From an uncultured Thermoanaerobaculia bacterium (GTDB lineage: Bacteria; Acidobacteriota; UBA4820; DSQY01): DNA of 64,000 bases. The stretch's first letter is position 1. Each line of letters starts with the position of its first letter. Shown piece by piece: positions 40,647 to 49,286 of the stretch. The translations under genes were made by a program, and so were the position numbers. The notes below the pieces were generated by a model. It was not told where the DNA came from, did no database searches, and saw nothing but the letters and a program-made list of their open reading frames with translations. The DNA lies in NCBI GenBank assembly GCA_964507185.1, contig CAZDOY010000013.1, positions 6,079-70,078 of the forward strand. Reading direction: 5' to 3'.

Positions 40647-41153
40647 ATGAAATATAGAAAAGAACTCGCGGGACTTCCTTTGCTGGACGGTTTAACGCAG
40701 GAGGAGTTCGACCTCGTCGCCGCCCGCTTTTCGGAAGAACAGTTCCCTGCCGGCACTTCCATCGTGGAACAGGGCTACGGCGGGTTCAAACTCTTCGTGC
40801 TCATGGAGGGGAGGATTCGCGTTTACAGGACCCTAAACGGTTCCAAGGTGCTGATCACGACCATGGAGAAGCCCGAGACCTTCGGGGAACTGAGCATCAT
40901 CGACGGCGCCCCCACGTCGGCCACCGTCGAAGCGGAATCCGATACCATCGCGCTGACCCTGAACAGGGACGACTTCTATGAAATACTTGAAAGCTCGACC
41001 GTGCTGGAGGCCAAAATATGGAAAAACCTCCTCCTCACGCTATGCAGCAGACTCAGATCCACGACCGACCAGGTCCAGGACTATTTTGCGATCAACAAGG
41101 CCCTTTGTGAAAATGAGAGCTTCCGAAGTTTCTATAAGCTTTTCTATTCCTGA
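40647..41153 (+). CDS. Stand-alone cyclic-nucleotide-binding (cNMP/Crp-effector) domain protein
   Basis: FGELSIIDGAPTSATVEA is the phosphate-binding cassette pattern. There is no DNA-binding HTH. The stop overlaps the PBP1A start (TGATG). Confidence 0.7.
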   Translation: MKYRKELAGLPLLDGLTQEEFDLVAARFSEEQFPAGTSIVEQGYGGFKLFVLMEGRIRVYRTLNGSKVLITTMEKPETFGELSIIDGAPTSATVEAESDTIALTLNRDDFYEILESSTVLEAKIWKNLLLTLCSRLRSTTDQVQDYFAINKALCENESFRSFYKLFYS

Positions 41154-43681
41154 TGCCCAGGATTAAAGGGATTCGACTCACGGTTCTCTTCTTCACCGCG
41201 GGGATCGTGGTGGGTATCTCCTTCGGTCTGTTCCTCACTCGGAATATACCGGAAGTGGACAGTCTGCAGTTCACAACCCCCCATCTGATGACCAGGATCT
41301 ACAGCAGGGACGGCCAGGTTCTGCAGGAATACGGCGCCGAAAAGCGCACCATGGTCCAATATGCGGACGTTTCCCCGAACTTCTTCCACGCGCTCATAGC
41401 CGTCGAAGACGCGGATTTTTACCACCATCACGGCGTGTCCATAAAGGGCGCCCTGCGGGCGCTCGTCAAGGACCTCCTCCACCTCTCGGCCAGGCAGGGC
41501 GGCAGTACCCTGACGCAACAGCTCGCCCGCCAGTATTTTCTGACGCCCGAAAAGACCATATCCAGGAAGATCAAAGAGATGATCCTGGCGGTCAACATAG
41601 AGAGCCACTACACGAAGAGCCAGATCCTACAGATGTACGCCAACAAGGTCTGCTTCGGGAAGGGATACTACGGCATAGAGGCCAGCTCGCGCTACTACTT
41701 CGGGAAGCCGGCCAAGGACCTGACCATCCCCGAGGCCGCAGTCCTCGCCGGCGTCATCCAGCGCCCGAGCTACTATTCGCCGAGCAACCACCCCGACCAC
41801 GCCCTCGCGCGCAGAAACCTGGTCCTCAGCAGGATGTGGAAGACGGGCTACATTACCCGCAATCAATACGAAAAGTTCCGGAAGGAACCGCTAGGCCTCT
41901 ACACGGGCTCGACGGAAGAGCAGGGTCTCGCCGCCTACGTCACAGAGCGTATCAGAATGTACCTCGAAGACAAGTACGGAGAGGAAGCCCTCTACCAGGG
42001 AGGGCTCCAGGTCTACACCACTATAGACGCGCACCTGCAGGCGCTGGCGACGAAGGCGGTCCGCGACGGCCTGGACGCCTACAGCCGCCGGAGGCGCTAC
42101 AAGGGGCCCGAGAGGGGCCCGAAGGCCCCCCGCGAGTACACGCGTGATGACTTTACCGCCGGCGAGCGTTACTGGGCCACGGTCCGGTCCGTCGGACGCG
42201 ACCGCATCGAGGCGTCCATGGGCAAGGCCGACGTGACCCTGACGCCCAAAGACTGGGACTGGATCTCGAGACTGAACGTGGAGCGCACGTTCCGCCCCGG
42301 CGACAGGATCCTCCTGCTCGTCACCCAGGTTTCTCCAACCCTCGAATGCCAGCTCGACCAGGAACCCCTTGCCCAGGCCGCTCTCGTGGCCATGGATCCG
42401 CATACTGGAGAAGTTCTTGCTCTGGTAGGCGGATACGATTTCGCGACCTCGATGTACAACCGCGCCGTCCAGGCAAGGAGGCAAACGGGGTCTGCGATCA
42501 AGCCGATCGTCTATGCCGCCGCCCTCTCGGCGGGTAAAACGCTCGCCAGCACGGTCGTCGACACCCCTACACTCTTCCTAACAGGCAGGGAGAACGCGGA
42601 CAAAGTCTGCGACGAGGGCTACATCCCCAGGGATTTCGACAGGGAGTACTTCGGTCTCATCACCTACCGGACGGCGCTTGCGCACTCGATCAACATCGCG
42701 GCGGTCAAGGTTCTCAACGAGACAGGCTATTCTAGGGTCATAAACCTCGCCCACCAGCTGCACATAACGAGCGATCTCCAGCCCTATCCGTCCATGGCCC
42801 TCGGGGCATTCGGCATCAGCCTGTGGGAACTCACGGGGGCGTATACGGCCTTCGACAACGGCGGCATCTACGTGGAGCCCCGCTACATGAACCGCATAGC
42901 CGACAGGAACGGCAAAACCCTCCAGCAGTTCCGCTCCGAATCCCGGCAGGTGCTGGATCCGCGCATCGCCTTCCTCATGACCCAGGCCATGGAGAGCGTC
43001 GTCAGGGAAGGCACCGCGGCCAGCGCCGCGGACCTGAAGGGGCACTTCGCAGGCAAAACGGGAACCACGGACAAGTACACCGATTCATGGTTTATGGGCT
43101 ACAACCCGGCCATACTGTGCGGTGTGTGGGCGGGAAAGGACGACCACACGCCCCTCGGAAACCTCGAAACGGGAGCCCGCGTGGCCCTGCCCATCTGGAG
43201 GGAGTTCATGGAGCCCGCCACGGCGTCGACCCGGGATATGGACTGGCCGGAGCCGAAAGGCGTCACACAGGCCCTCATCGACGCCAAAACAGGCAAGCGC
43301 GCCGGCGTGGATTCTCCATGCACCGACGTTAAACCCGAGTTCTTTATTGACGGGACGGAACCGTCGGCGTTCTGCTCTCAGGTGGACCATTTCCGGCTTC
43401 AACTCCCGCATTTCCTGCAGACCTACCCCATCACCCCAGATCTCAGGCTGGTCATACCCGCAGCCGACCTGAACGCTTGGGCCGCGCAGTATCCCGGCGT
43501 CGTGAGCTGGCCGGGCGGCGACCGGTTGATCGTATCCTGGGCCGGTAGTACATTTCCTGTGAAGGTGGAGATCGCACCGCCCCGCGAGGGCCCGGTGCCG
43601 CAGGCGGTCATGCCGGGTCTCCCCCATGAAGGAGATGTGGTCTGTGGCGCCCGCACGGTATACGTCAACGAAAAACGATAA
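41153..43681 (+). CDS. mrcA: Penicillin-binding protein 1A (bifunctional transglycosylase/transpeptidase)
   Basis: GT51 motifs (EDADFYHHHG, GGSTLTQQ), transpeptidase SAIK and KTGT motifs, and an N-terminal TM anchor. Confidence 0.9.
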   Translation: MPRIKGIRLTVLFFTAGIVVGISFGLFLTRNIPEVDSLQFTTPHLMTRIYSRDGQVLQEYGAEKRTMVQYADVSPNFFHALIAVEDADFYHHHGVSIKGALRALVKDLLHLSARQGGSTLTQQLARQYFLTPEKTISRKIKEMILAVNIESHYTKSQILQMYANKVCFGKGYYGIEASSRYYFGKPAKDLTIPEAAVLAGVIQRPSYYSPSNHPDHALARRNLVLSRMWKTGYITRNQYEKFRKEPLGLYTGSTEEQGLAAYVTERIRMYLEDKYGEEALYQGGLQVYTTIDAHLQALATKAVRDGLDAYSRRRRYKGPERGPKAPREYTRDDFTAGERYWATVRSVGRDRIEASMGKADVTLTPKDWDWISRLNVERTFRPGDRILLLVTQVSPTLECQLDQEPLAQAALVAMDPHTGEVLALVGGYDFATSMYNRAVQARRQTGSAIKPIVYAAALSAGKTLASTVVDTPTLFLTGRENADKVCDEGYIPRDFDREYFGLITYRTALAHSINIAAVKVLNETGYSRVINLAHQLHITSDLQPYPSMALGAFGISLWELTGAYTAFDNGGIYVEPRYMNRIADRNGKTLQQFRSESRQVLDPRIAFLMTQAMESVVREGTAASAADLKGHFAGKTGTTDKYTDSWFMGYNPAILCGVWAGKDDHTPLGNLETGARVALPIWREFMEPATASTRDMDWPEPKGVTQALIDAKTGKRAGVDSPCTDVKPEFFIDGTEPSAFCSQVDHFRLQLPHFLQTYPITPDLRLVIPAADLNAWAAQYPGVVSWPGGDRLIVSWAGSTFPVKVEIAPPREGPVPQAVMPGLPHEGDVVCGARTVYVNEKR

Positions 43682-44699
43682 CACGCTGTCCGATGCTGTC
43701 CTGTGGCACTCCGTCGAAGACGACAAGGTAGTCTGCGACCTGTGCGCGCACAGGTGCACCATCCTGCCCGGGAAGGCGGGCATATGCAAGGTCCGGCTGA
43801 ATGACGGCGGCATTCTGAAGACTTGCGTGCACAACCTTCTCATCGCGGCACACTCCGACCCGATCGAAAAGAAGCCTCTCTTCCATTTCCTGCCCGGCAC
43901 CATCTCCTTTTCCATCGCCACCGTCGGGTGCAACTTCCGTTGCCGCTTCTGCCAGAACTGGCAGATCAGCCAGCACGCCAGGGAACATGAAGGCGTCTCT
44001 GGCGATCGGACCGCCCCGGAGCTTGTCGTCAAGGCGGCCCTGGAATCGGGCGCCGCCTCGATTTCGTACACGTACACCGAACCGACGATCTTCTTTGAAA
44101 CATGCGAGGCGGTGGGCCTCCTGGCCCGGCAGGCCGGCATGAAGAACGTCTTCGTTTCCAACGGATACTTGACCCCGGAAGCCGTCGAACGGGCCCGTCC
44201 CTTCCTCGACGGCGTCAACGTCGATCTCAAGGGCTTCGACGACGGACGCTACAGGCGCGTCTGTGGAGCAACGCTGAACGGGGTCCTGACGGGCATTGAC
44301 GCCATCCTGAAGGCGGGCATCTGGCTGGAGGTCACGACGCTCGTCGTTCCGGGCGTAAACGACTCGGATGCAGAACTCACGGCCATCGCCCGGCACATAG
44401 CCGGCCTGAAGCGGTCCATCCCCTGGCACATCAGCAGGTTCCACCCCGACTACAAGATGGACGACGGTGCCCCGACCTCAATCGAGACTCTCGTGCGCGC
44501 AGCGGAGATCGGCCGCGCCGAAGGCCTCGAATTCGTTTATCTGGGAAACGTCCCCGGACACGATACCGAAAACACATACTGCCCGAAATGTGCGACAATG
44601 ATCTTCGAGCGTTACGGCTTCAGGCTCACAAGGCACGAACTGGACGTGGACCGTTGCCCGAACTGCCGAACGCCGATACCGGGCGTGTTTACAACCTGA
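43626..44699 (+). CDS. AmmeMemoRadiSam-system radical SAM enzyme (PflA-like)
   Basis: The CNFRCRFCQNW Cx3Cx2C cluster, an N-terminal CDLCAHRC...C zinc/FeS-like motif and a C-terminal CPKC...CPNC. The exact start is uncertain. ATGs at 43626 and 43635 both overlap the mrcA end. Confidence 0.75.
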   Translation: MKEMWSVAPARYTSTKNDNTLSDAVLWHSVEDDKVVCDLCAHRCTILPGKAGICKVRLNDGGILKTCVHNLLIAAHSDPIEKKPLFHFLPGTISFSIATVGCNFRCRFCQNWQISQHAREHEGVSGDRTAPELVVKAALESGAASISYTYTEPTIFFETCEAVGLLARQAGMKNVFVSNGYLTPEAVERARPFLDGVNVDLKGFDDGRYRRVCGATLNGVLTGIDAILKAGIWLEVTTLVVPGVNDSDAELTAIARHIAGLKRSIPWHISRFHPDYKMDDGAPTSIETLVRAAEIGRAEGLEFVYLGNVPGHDTENTYCPKCATMIFERYGFRLTRHELDVDRCPNCRTPIPGVFTT

Positions 44700-44712
44700 A
44701 GGAGAAAACAGC

Positions 44713-45129
44713 ATGGCTTTTTCCGCAAACAGGCAAGAAGGCGATCCGCTCTCGGACATCAACGTCACGCCCCTCGTGGACGTGATGCTCGTTTTGCTTG
44801 TTATCTTCATGATCACGACGCCGCTCTTCGAGCGAGGTATCGACGTGAACCTGCCACAGACGGTGACCACCAACATCAGCGGCGCCGAACGGGTTATCCT
44901 GACCATCCCGAAGGACAAGAATTACGTCTATTTCAACAGCCAGCCGGTCAACCGCAAGCTCATGAAGAACTACCTCCGGCAGATATTTAAGAACCGGCCG
45001 GACAAGACCGTGTACCTCTTCGCGGACAAAAACGTCCCGTACGGAGAGGTCCTCGGCGTAATGGACGAGGTCAAGCAGGCGGGCATAGATACCGTCGGAC
45101 TTGCCACGGAACCACCGGCGAAACAATAG
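44713..45129 (+). CDS. exbD: ExbD/TolR biopolymer transport protein
   Basis: INVTPLVDVMLVLLVIFMITTPL TM segment. Length is 138 aa. Confidence 0.85.
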   Translation: MAFSANRQEGDPLSDINVTPLVDVMLVLLVIFMITTPLFERGIDVNLPQTVTTNISGAERVILTIPKDKNYVYFNSQPVNRKLMKNYLRQIFKNRPDKTVYLFADKNVPYGEVLGVMDEVKQAGIDTVGLATEPPAKQ

Positions 45130-45270
45130 CCTGCGCGTTTTCGCAGGCGGGGGGATCGACTCGGCACCGCGCCCCTCACCTCTGGTGACGGCTTTGGAGG
45201 ATCGAAAGCCGACTGCTTCAGGGGCCAGTCGGCCCCGCGAGAACGGCAACCATAGCGAGGCGCACGTGCC

Positions 45271-45981
45271 ATGACTTTGCATATGCACCCCCTTCAAGCC
45301 AAACCGGACAACTTCCTGCCCGTGGCCCTGATCGTTTCGGTGGTCCTCCACCTTGCCGGATTTGCCCTCATCGTCATGCATCCCGCATTGAGCCAAGGTC
45401 CCATCTTCAAAGAACCGATGAAGGTCAAACTCATCGACCTCCCCGCCGGGCGGGGTGGAGTCACCGAAGGCAGACCGGGCAGAACGGCGCGCGAAGCGCC
45501 GCCCAAGCTCGTCCAGCCTCCGCCTCAAAAAAAACCGAAAACGACCCTGCCGGGCAAGGTCACCCCCCCGCCAAAGGAAGGTCCCTCTCCCGTGAAGACG
45601 GACCACGCCGGCAAGGCGGCCGGCCTTGGACACGCTGGAGCCGCGGGTCTCGGCGGAAAAGGGAACGGCGTCATCCTTGACGAGCCGTCCTTTCAGTACG
45701 CCTGGTATAAGGCACGCCTCGAGGACCTGCTTAAATCTAACTGGAAAAAGCCAGTTCTTAACAACTCGAAAACCGTAAGCGCGTCCGTGCACTTCACGAT
45801 CAGCTCAACCGGCGCCGCGCTCAACGTCACCCTCGTGAATTCCTCCGGCATCGGATCCTTCGATCAGTCCGTCCTGCGAGCGGTCTACAACTCGTCTCCC
45901 TTCCCCAGGTTCCCGCCCCAGTACAAATCGCCCGACCTCGGCGTCATGTACACCTTCGAACTCCTCCCGGAGAAGAAGTGA
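45271..45981 (+). CDS. TonB/TolA-like energy transducer (N-terminal TM anchor, Pro/Lys-rich linker, TonB C-terminal domain)
   Basis: TM segment LPVALIVSVVLHLAGFALIV. The linker is PPKLVQPPPQKKPKTTLPGKVTPPPKEGP. The C-terminal domain is similar to the TonB C-terminal domain. Confidence 0.65.
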   Translation: MTLHMHPLQAKPDNFLPVALIVSVVLHLAGFALIVMHPALSQGPIFKEPMKVKLIDLPAGRGGVTEGRPGRTAREAPPKLVQPPPQKKPKTTLPGKVTPPPKEGPSPVKTDHAGKAAGLGHAGAAGLGGKGNGVILDEPSFQYAWYKARLEDLLKSNWKKPVLNNSKTVSASVHFTISSTGAALNVTLVNSSGIGSFDQSVLRAVYNSSPFPRFPPQYKSPDLGVMYTFELLPEKK

Positions 45982-46048
45982 CTGTGCGCCCGGCGGCACG
46001 GTGATCGAGTCGCGGCCGACCCTTCGAAGGCCTCCCATCTGCCGCAGT

Positions 46049-46090
46049 TAAATCCGCATTCCCAAATCCCAATTCCCAATTTTCAAATTT
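46049..46090. repeat. Left copy of an imperfect inverted repeat (about 34 bp) flanking the transporter block
   Basis: TTAAATCCGCATTCCCAAATCCCAATTCCCAATTTTC. It matches the reverse complement of 51168..51206 at about 28 of 34 positions. Confidence 0.5.
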
Positions 46091-46145
46091 CCCCCCTTAC
46101 TCCCCCGGATTGCGTCCAGCAGCCCTTCTCGGCTATCATTTCGCC

Positions 46146-47633
46146 ATGCCTTCTATCAAGAGGCTCTTTCGGACAAAGAACCTGGACCGCATCATGGAGG
46201 AAGCCGAAAAGGCGCCCGACAAGCTCAAGCGGGTCCTGGGCCCGGTCGACCTCATGGTTCTCGGCGTCGGCGCAATCATAGGCGCGGGCATATTCGCGCT
46301 CGTCGGGACGGCCGCCGCGGGCGACGCCAGCCGCCTCGGGGCGGGACCCGCCCTGGTGCTGTCCTTCCTCCTGACAGGGATAGCCTGCGCGTTCTGCGGC
46401 CTCTGCTACGCCGAGTTCGCGAGCATGGTGCCCATCTCGGGAAGCGCCTATACGTACGCCTATGCAACGCTCGGCGAACTCATCGCGTGGATCATCGGCT
46501 GGGACCTCATTCTTGAGTACGCGGTGGGCAACGTGGCCGTGGCCGTTTCCTGGTCCGGCTATTTCAGGCAACTCCTTCTGGGATTCGGCATCGACCTTCC
46601 CAGGTGGATCTGCACCGATCTCAGAACAGCCCTGCACACGCCCTCCATTCTTCATTCGGCCCCCCACGTCTTCGGCATCCCCATCATCTTCAACCTGCCC
46701 GCCTTCGGCATCGTGGCCGCCATCACGGTCCTCCTCGTGGTGGGCATCAAGGAGAGTGCGCACTTCACCGCCATCATGGTGGGCATAAAGCTACTCGTCC
46801 TGGGCTTCTTCGTCTTCGTGGGGCTCCACTACGTGAAACCGGCCAACTGGCATCCCTTCGCCCCGAACGGCTGGGCCGGCATCCAGGCGGGAGCCGCCAT
46901 CATCTTCTTTGCCTACATCGGCTTCGACGCCGTCTCGACGGCGGCGGAAGAATGCCGCAAGCCGTCCCGCGACATGCCCATAGGCATCCTGGGCTCGCTC
47001 GCCATCTGCACGGTCATCTACATCGTCGTGGCGGCCGTCCTGACGGGCATGGTCCCATGGAATCACCTCAACACGGCCGAGCCCCTTTCCGTGGCCATGC
47101 GCGTCGTCAACATGAACTGGGCCGCAGGCATCGTGGCCTTCGGCTCGGTCGTGGCCCACACGGCTGTTCTCCTGGTGTTTCAGCTCGGTCAGCCGAGGAT
47201 CTTCTTCTCCATGGCCCGCGACGGACTGCTTCCCCGCTCCTTCGCCAAGGTCCATCCGCGTTTTAAAACGCCCTACGTCACGACCATTCTCACGGGACTG
47301 TTCGTCGCGTTCGCCTCGGCCATCGCGAGCCTTGACGAGATGGCGGACCTCTGCAACATCGGTACGCTCACGGCGTTCATCCTGGTCTGCGCCGGCGTCA
47401 TCGTGCTCCACTACAGGGAGCCCCTGAGGCCGCGACCCTTCAAGACGCCTTTCGTTCCCGTTCTGCCGGCGCTGGGCATCATCGCGTGTCTCTACCTCAT
47501 GACGGGATTGCCATGGGAGGCGTGGGTCCGGTTCGGCATATGGCTTCTCGTGGGATTGGCCATCTACCGCGCCTACGGCTACGCCCGGAGCCGCCTGAAC
47601 CGCTACGAGCGCGAACCGCTGGACGCCCGTTGA
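46146..47633 (+). CDS. APC-superfamily amino acid permease
   Basis: 12 TM segments, with GAGIFALVG in TM1. The start is at the ATG MPSIKRLF. Confidence 0.8.
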   Translation: MPSIKRLFRTKNLDRIMEEAEKAPDKLKRVLGPVDLMVLGVGAIIGAGIFALVGTAAAGDASRLGAGPALVLSFLLTGIACAFCGLCYAEFASMVPISGSAYTYAYATLGELIAWIIGWDLILEYAVGNVAVAVSWSGYFRQLLLGFGIDLPRWICTDLRTALHTPSILHSAPHVFGIPIIFNLPAFGIVAAITVLLVVGIKESAHFTAIMVGIKLLVLGFFVFVGLHYVKPANWHPFAPNGWAGIQAGAAIIFFAYIGFDAVSTAAEECRKPSRDMPIGILGSLAICTVIYIVVAAVLTGMVPWNHLNTAEPLSVAMRVVNMNWAAGIVAFGSVVAHTAVLLVFQLGQPRIFFSMARDGLLPRSFAKVHPRFKTPYVTTILTGLFVAFASAIASLDEMADLCNIGTLTAFILVCAGVIVLHYREPLRPRPFKTPFVPVLPALGIIACLYLMTGLPWEAWVRFGIWLLVGLAIYRAYGYARSRLNRYEREPLDAR

Positions 47634-47644
47634 CCCTACTCGAT

Positions 47645-49096
47645 TCACCGTCCCGCCGCACGACCTCCGGGAAGACGTCCGGTCCTTACCAGCGAGGACA
47701 GCGCAGCCAGCACGGCGGCAGCGGCCCCGGCGCTGAAGGATGCCCGGAGTCCATCAAGGAAGGCCCGGGCGTCCGCTCCCGTGAGCCTGTCCATCTGGAG
47801 CACGGCGCGCGGCGTCACGGCGTATAGGACAGCGCCCCCCAGCGCTATGCCCAGAACCATGCCCACGTTCCTGACGGTGGCGACCAGGCTCGAGGCGATC
47901 CCCAGGTGCTCGACGGGCGCGTTGCCCATGACTGCGCTGTTGTTGGGCGACTGGAAGATCCCGGCGCCCACGCCGAAGAGCGCAAGCCTCCATCCCACGT
48001 GCCACGGCTGGGCCGACGCGGGAAGAGCGGCCATCATGAAGAGGGCTAGCGCGGAAATGGAGGCGCCCACGAAGGCGGGAAGGCTCGTCCCCACCCTGTC
48101 CGAAATAGCCCCCGAGAACGGCGCGACGCACAAGACCGCCAGCGGAAAGGCCGTCATGACCACACCGACTTCGCTCGGCCCTTCGTGCAACACCCGCTGG
48201 AGATAGAAGGGCACGAGGAAGACGACCACGAACTGCGCGATGAAATTGAGCAGGGACGCGAGGCACGCAAAGCTGAAGGTACGGCTCCTGAAAATCCGAA
48301 AATCCAGCATGGGAAGGCGCGCGCGCCGCTCCTCCAGGACGAAAAGCGTACCGGCCAGCACGGCGGCGGCGAACATGGCCGCAACCAGACGGGTCGCCCC
48401 GTCCGACTGGAGGCGATTCACGAACAGGAGGGCCGAAAAAAGAGCCACGAATCCCAGGGCCGACCCCCGCAGGTCCATCTTTCCCGGGCGGCCCTCGACG
48501 CCGGGCAGCACCTTCCAGGACCACGCGAACGCGAGGAGGCCTATCGGCACGTTGATGAGAAATGCCGAACGCCACCCCAGCCAGGCGGCCATGAAGCCGC
48601 CGAGCGACGGTCCGACGGCCAGCCCCACCGAGATGCTGATCGCGTAGATCCCCAGCGCCTTCCCCCGCTCCCGCGCAGGGAATGCGACCGTAATGAGCGC
48701 AAACGGCATGGCCATCATCATGGCCGCGGCGAAGCCCTGCACCGCCCTGAACAGGATGAGCATGTGGATTGTCGGCGACAGAGCGCACAGCGCGGAGGAC
48801 GCCACGAAGCACACGAGCCCGGCGGCGAACACCTTCTTGTACCCGAGGATGTCCCCGAGCCTGCCGTAGGTCAGCAGGAGGCTGCTGATGGTCAGGAGGT
48901 AGATCATGGGGACCCACTGGGCCGTCGAGAAACTGGCGCCGAACGATTCTGTAATGGTCGGGAGAATCACGTTGACGATGCTGCCGTCTATGGGCCCGAG
49001 GATGCTCCCGGACATAACCGCAGCCAGCACCAGGTAGCGCCTGCCATAGCCTTCGGTCCCGCGGCTCTCCGTCATAACCCCCTCGCTTGCGCGCAC
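47645..49096 (-). CDS. MFS transporter, DHA2 (14-TMS drug:H+ antiporter) type
   Basis: The MFS signature region (GRLGDILGYKKV) and about 14 hydrophobic segments. It is convergent with the upstream permease. Confidence 0.8.
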   Translation of the reverse strand: MRASEGVMTESRGTEGYGRRYLVLAAVMSGSILGPIDGSIVNVILPTITESFGASFSTAQWVPMIYLLTISSLLLTYGRLGDILGYKKVFAAGLVCFVASSALCALSPTIHMLILFRAVQGFAAAMMMAMPFALITVAFPARERGKALGIYAISISVGLAVGPSLGGFMAAWLGWRSAFLINVPIGLLAFAWSWKVLPGVEGRPGKMDLRGSALGFVALFSALLFVNRLQSDGATRLVAAMFAAAVLAGTLFVLEERRARLPMLDFRIFRSRTFSFACLASLLNFIAQFVVVFLVPFYLQRVLHEGPSEVGVVMTAFPLAVLCVAPFSGAISDRVGTSLPAFVGASISALALFMMAALPASAQPWHVGWRLALFGVGAGIFQSPNNSAVMGNAPVEHLGIASSLVATVRNVGMVLGIALGGAVLYAVTPRAVLQMDRLTGADARAFLDGLRASFSAGAAAAVLAALSSLVRTGRLPGGRAAGR

Positions 49097-49286
49097 CGTC
49101 TCCGAACTATGCTCTCAGTATAGGCCTCCCCGGACGGCCGCACCACGCAGGATCCGGCCACGACGCAGGCAAAGGACGCACAGTCCGTCGCCGGCCCGCA
49201 TTGAAATACCGAAACGAAACCGGTACACTCAGTCCCATAAACGGCAGCAGAGTTCGGACTGGGACAGAGGCAGCGGGGATCGAACG

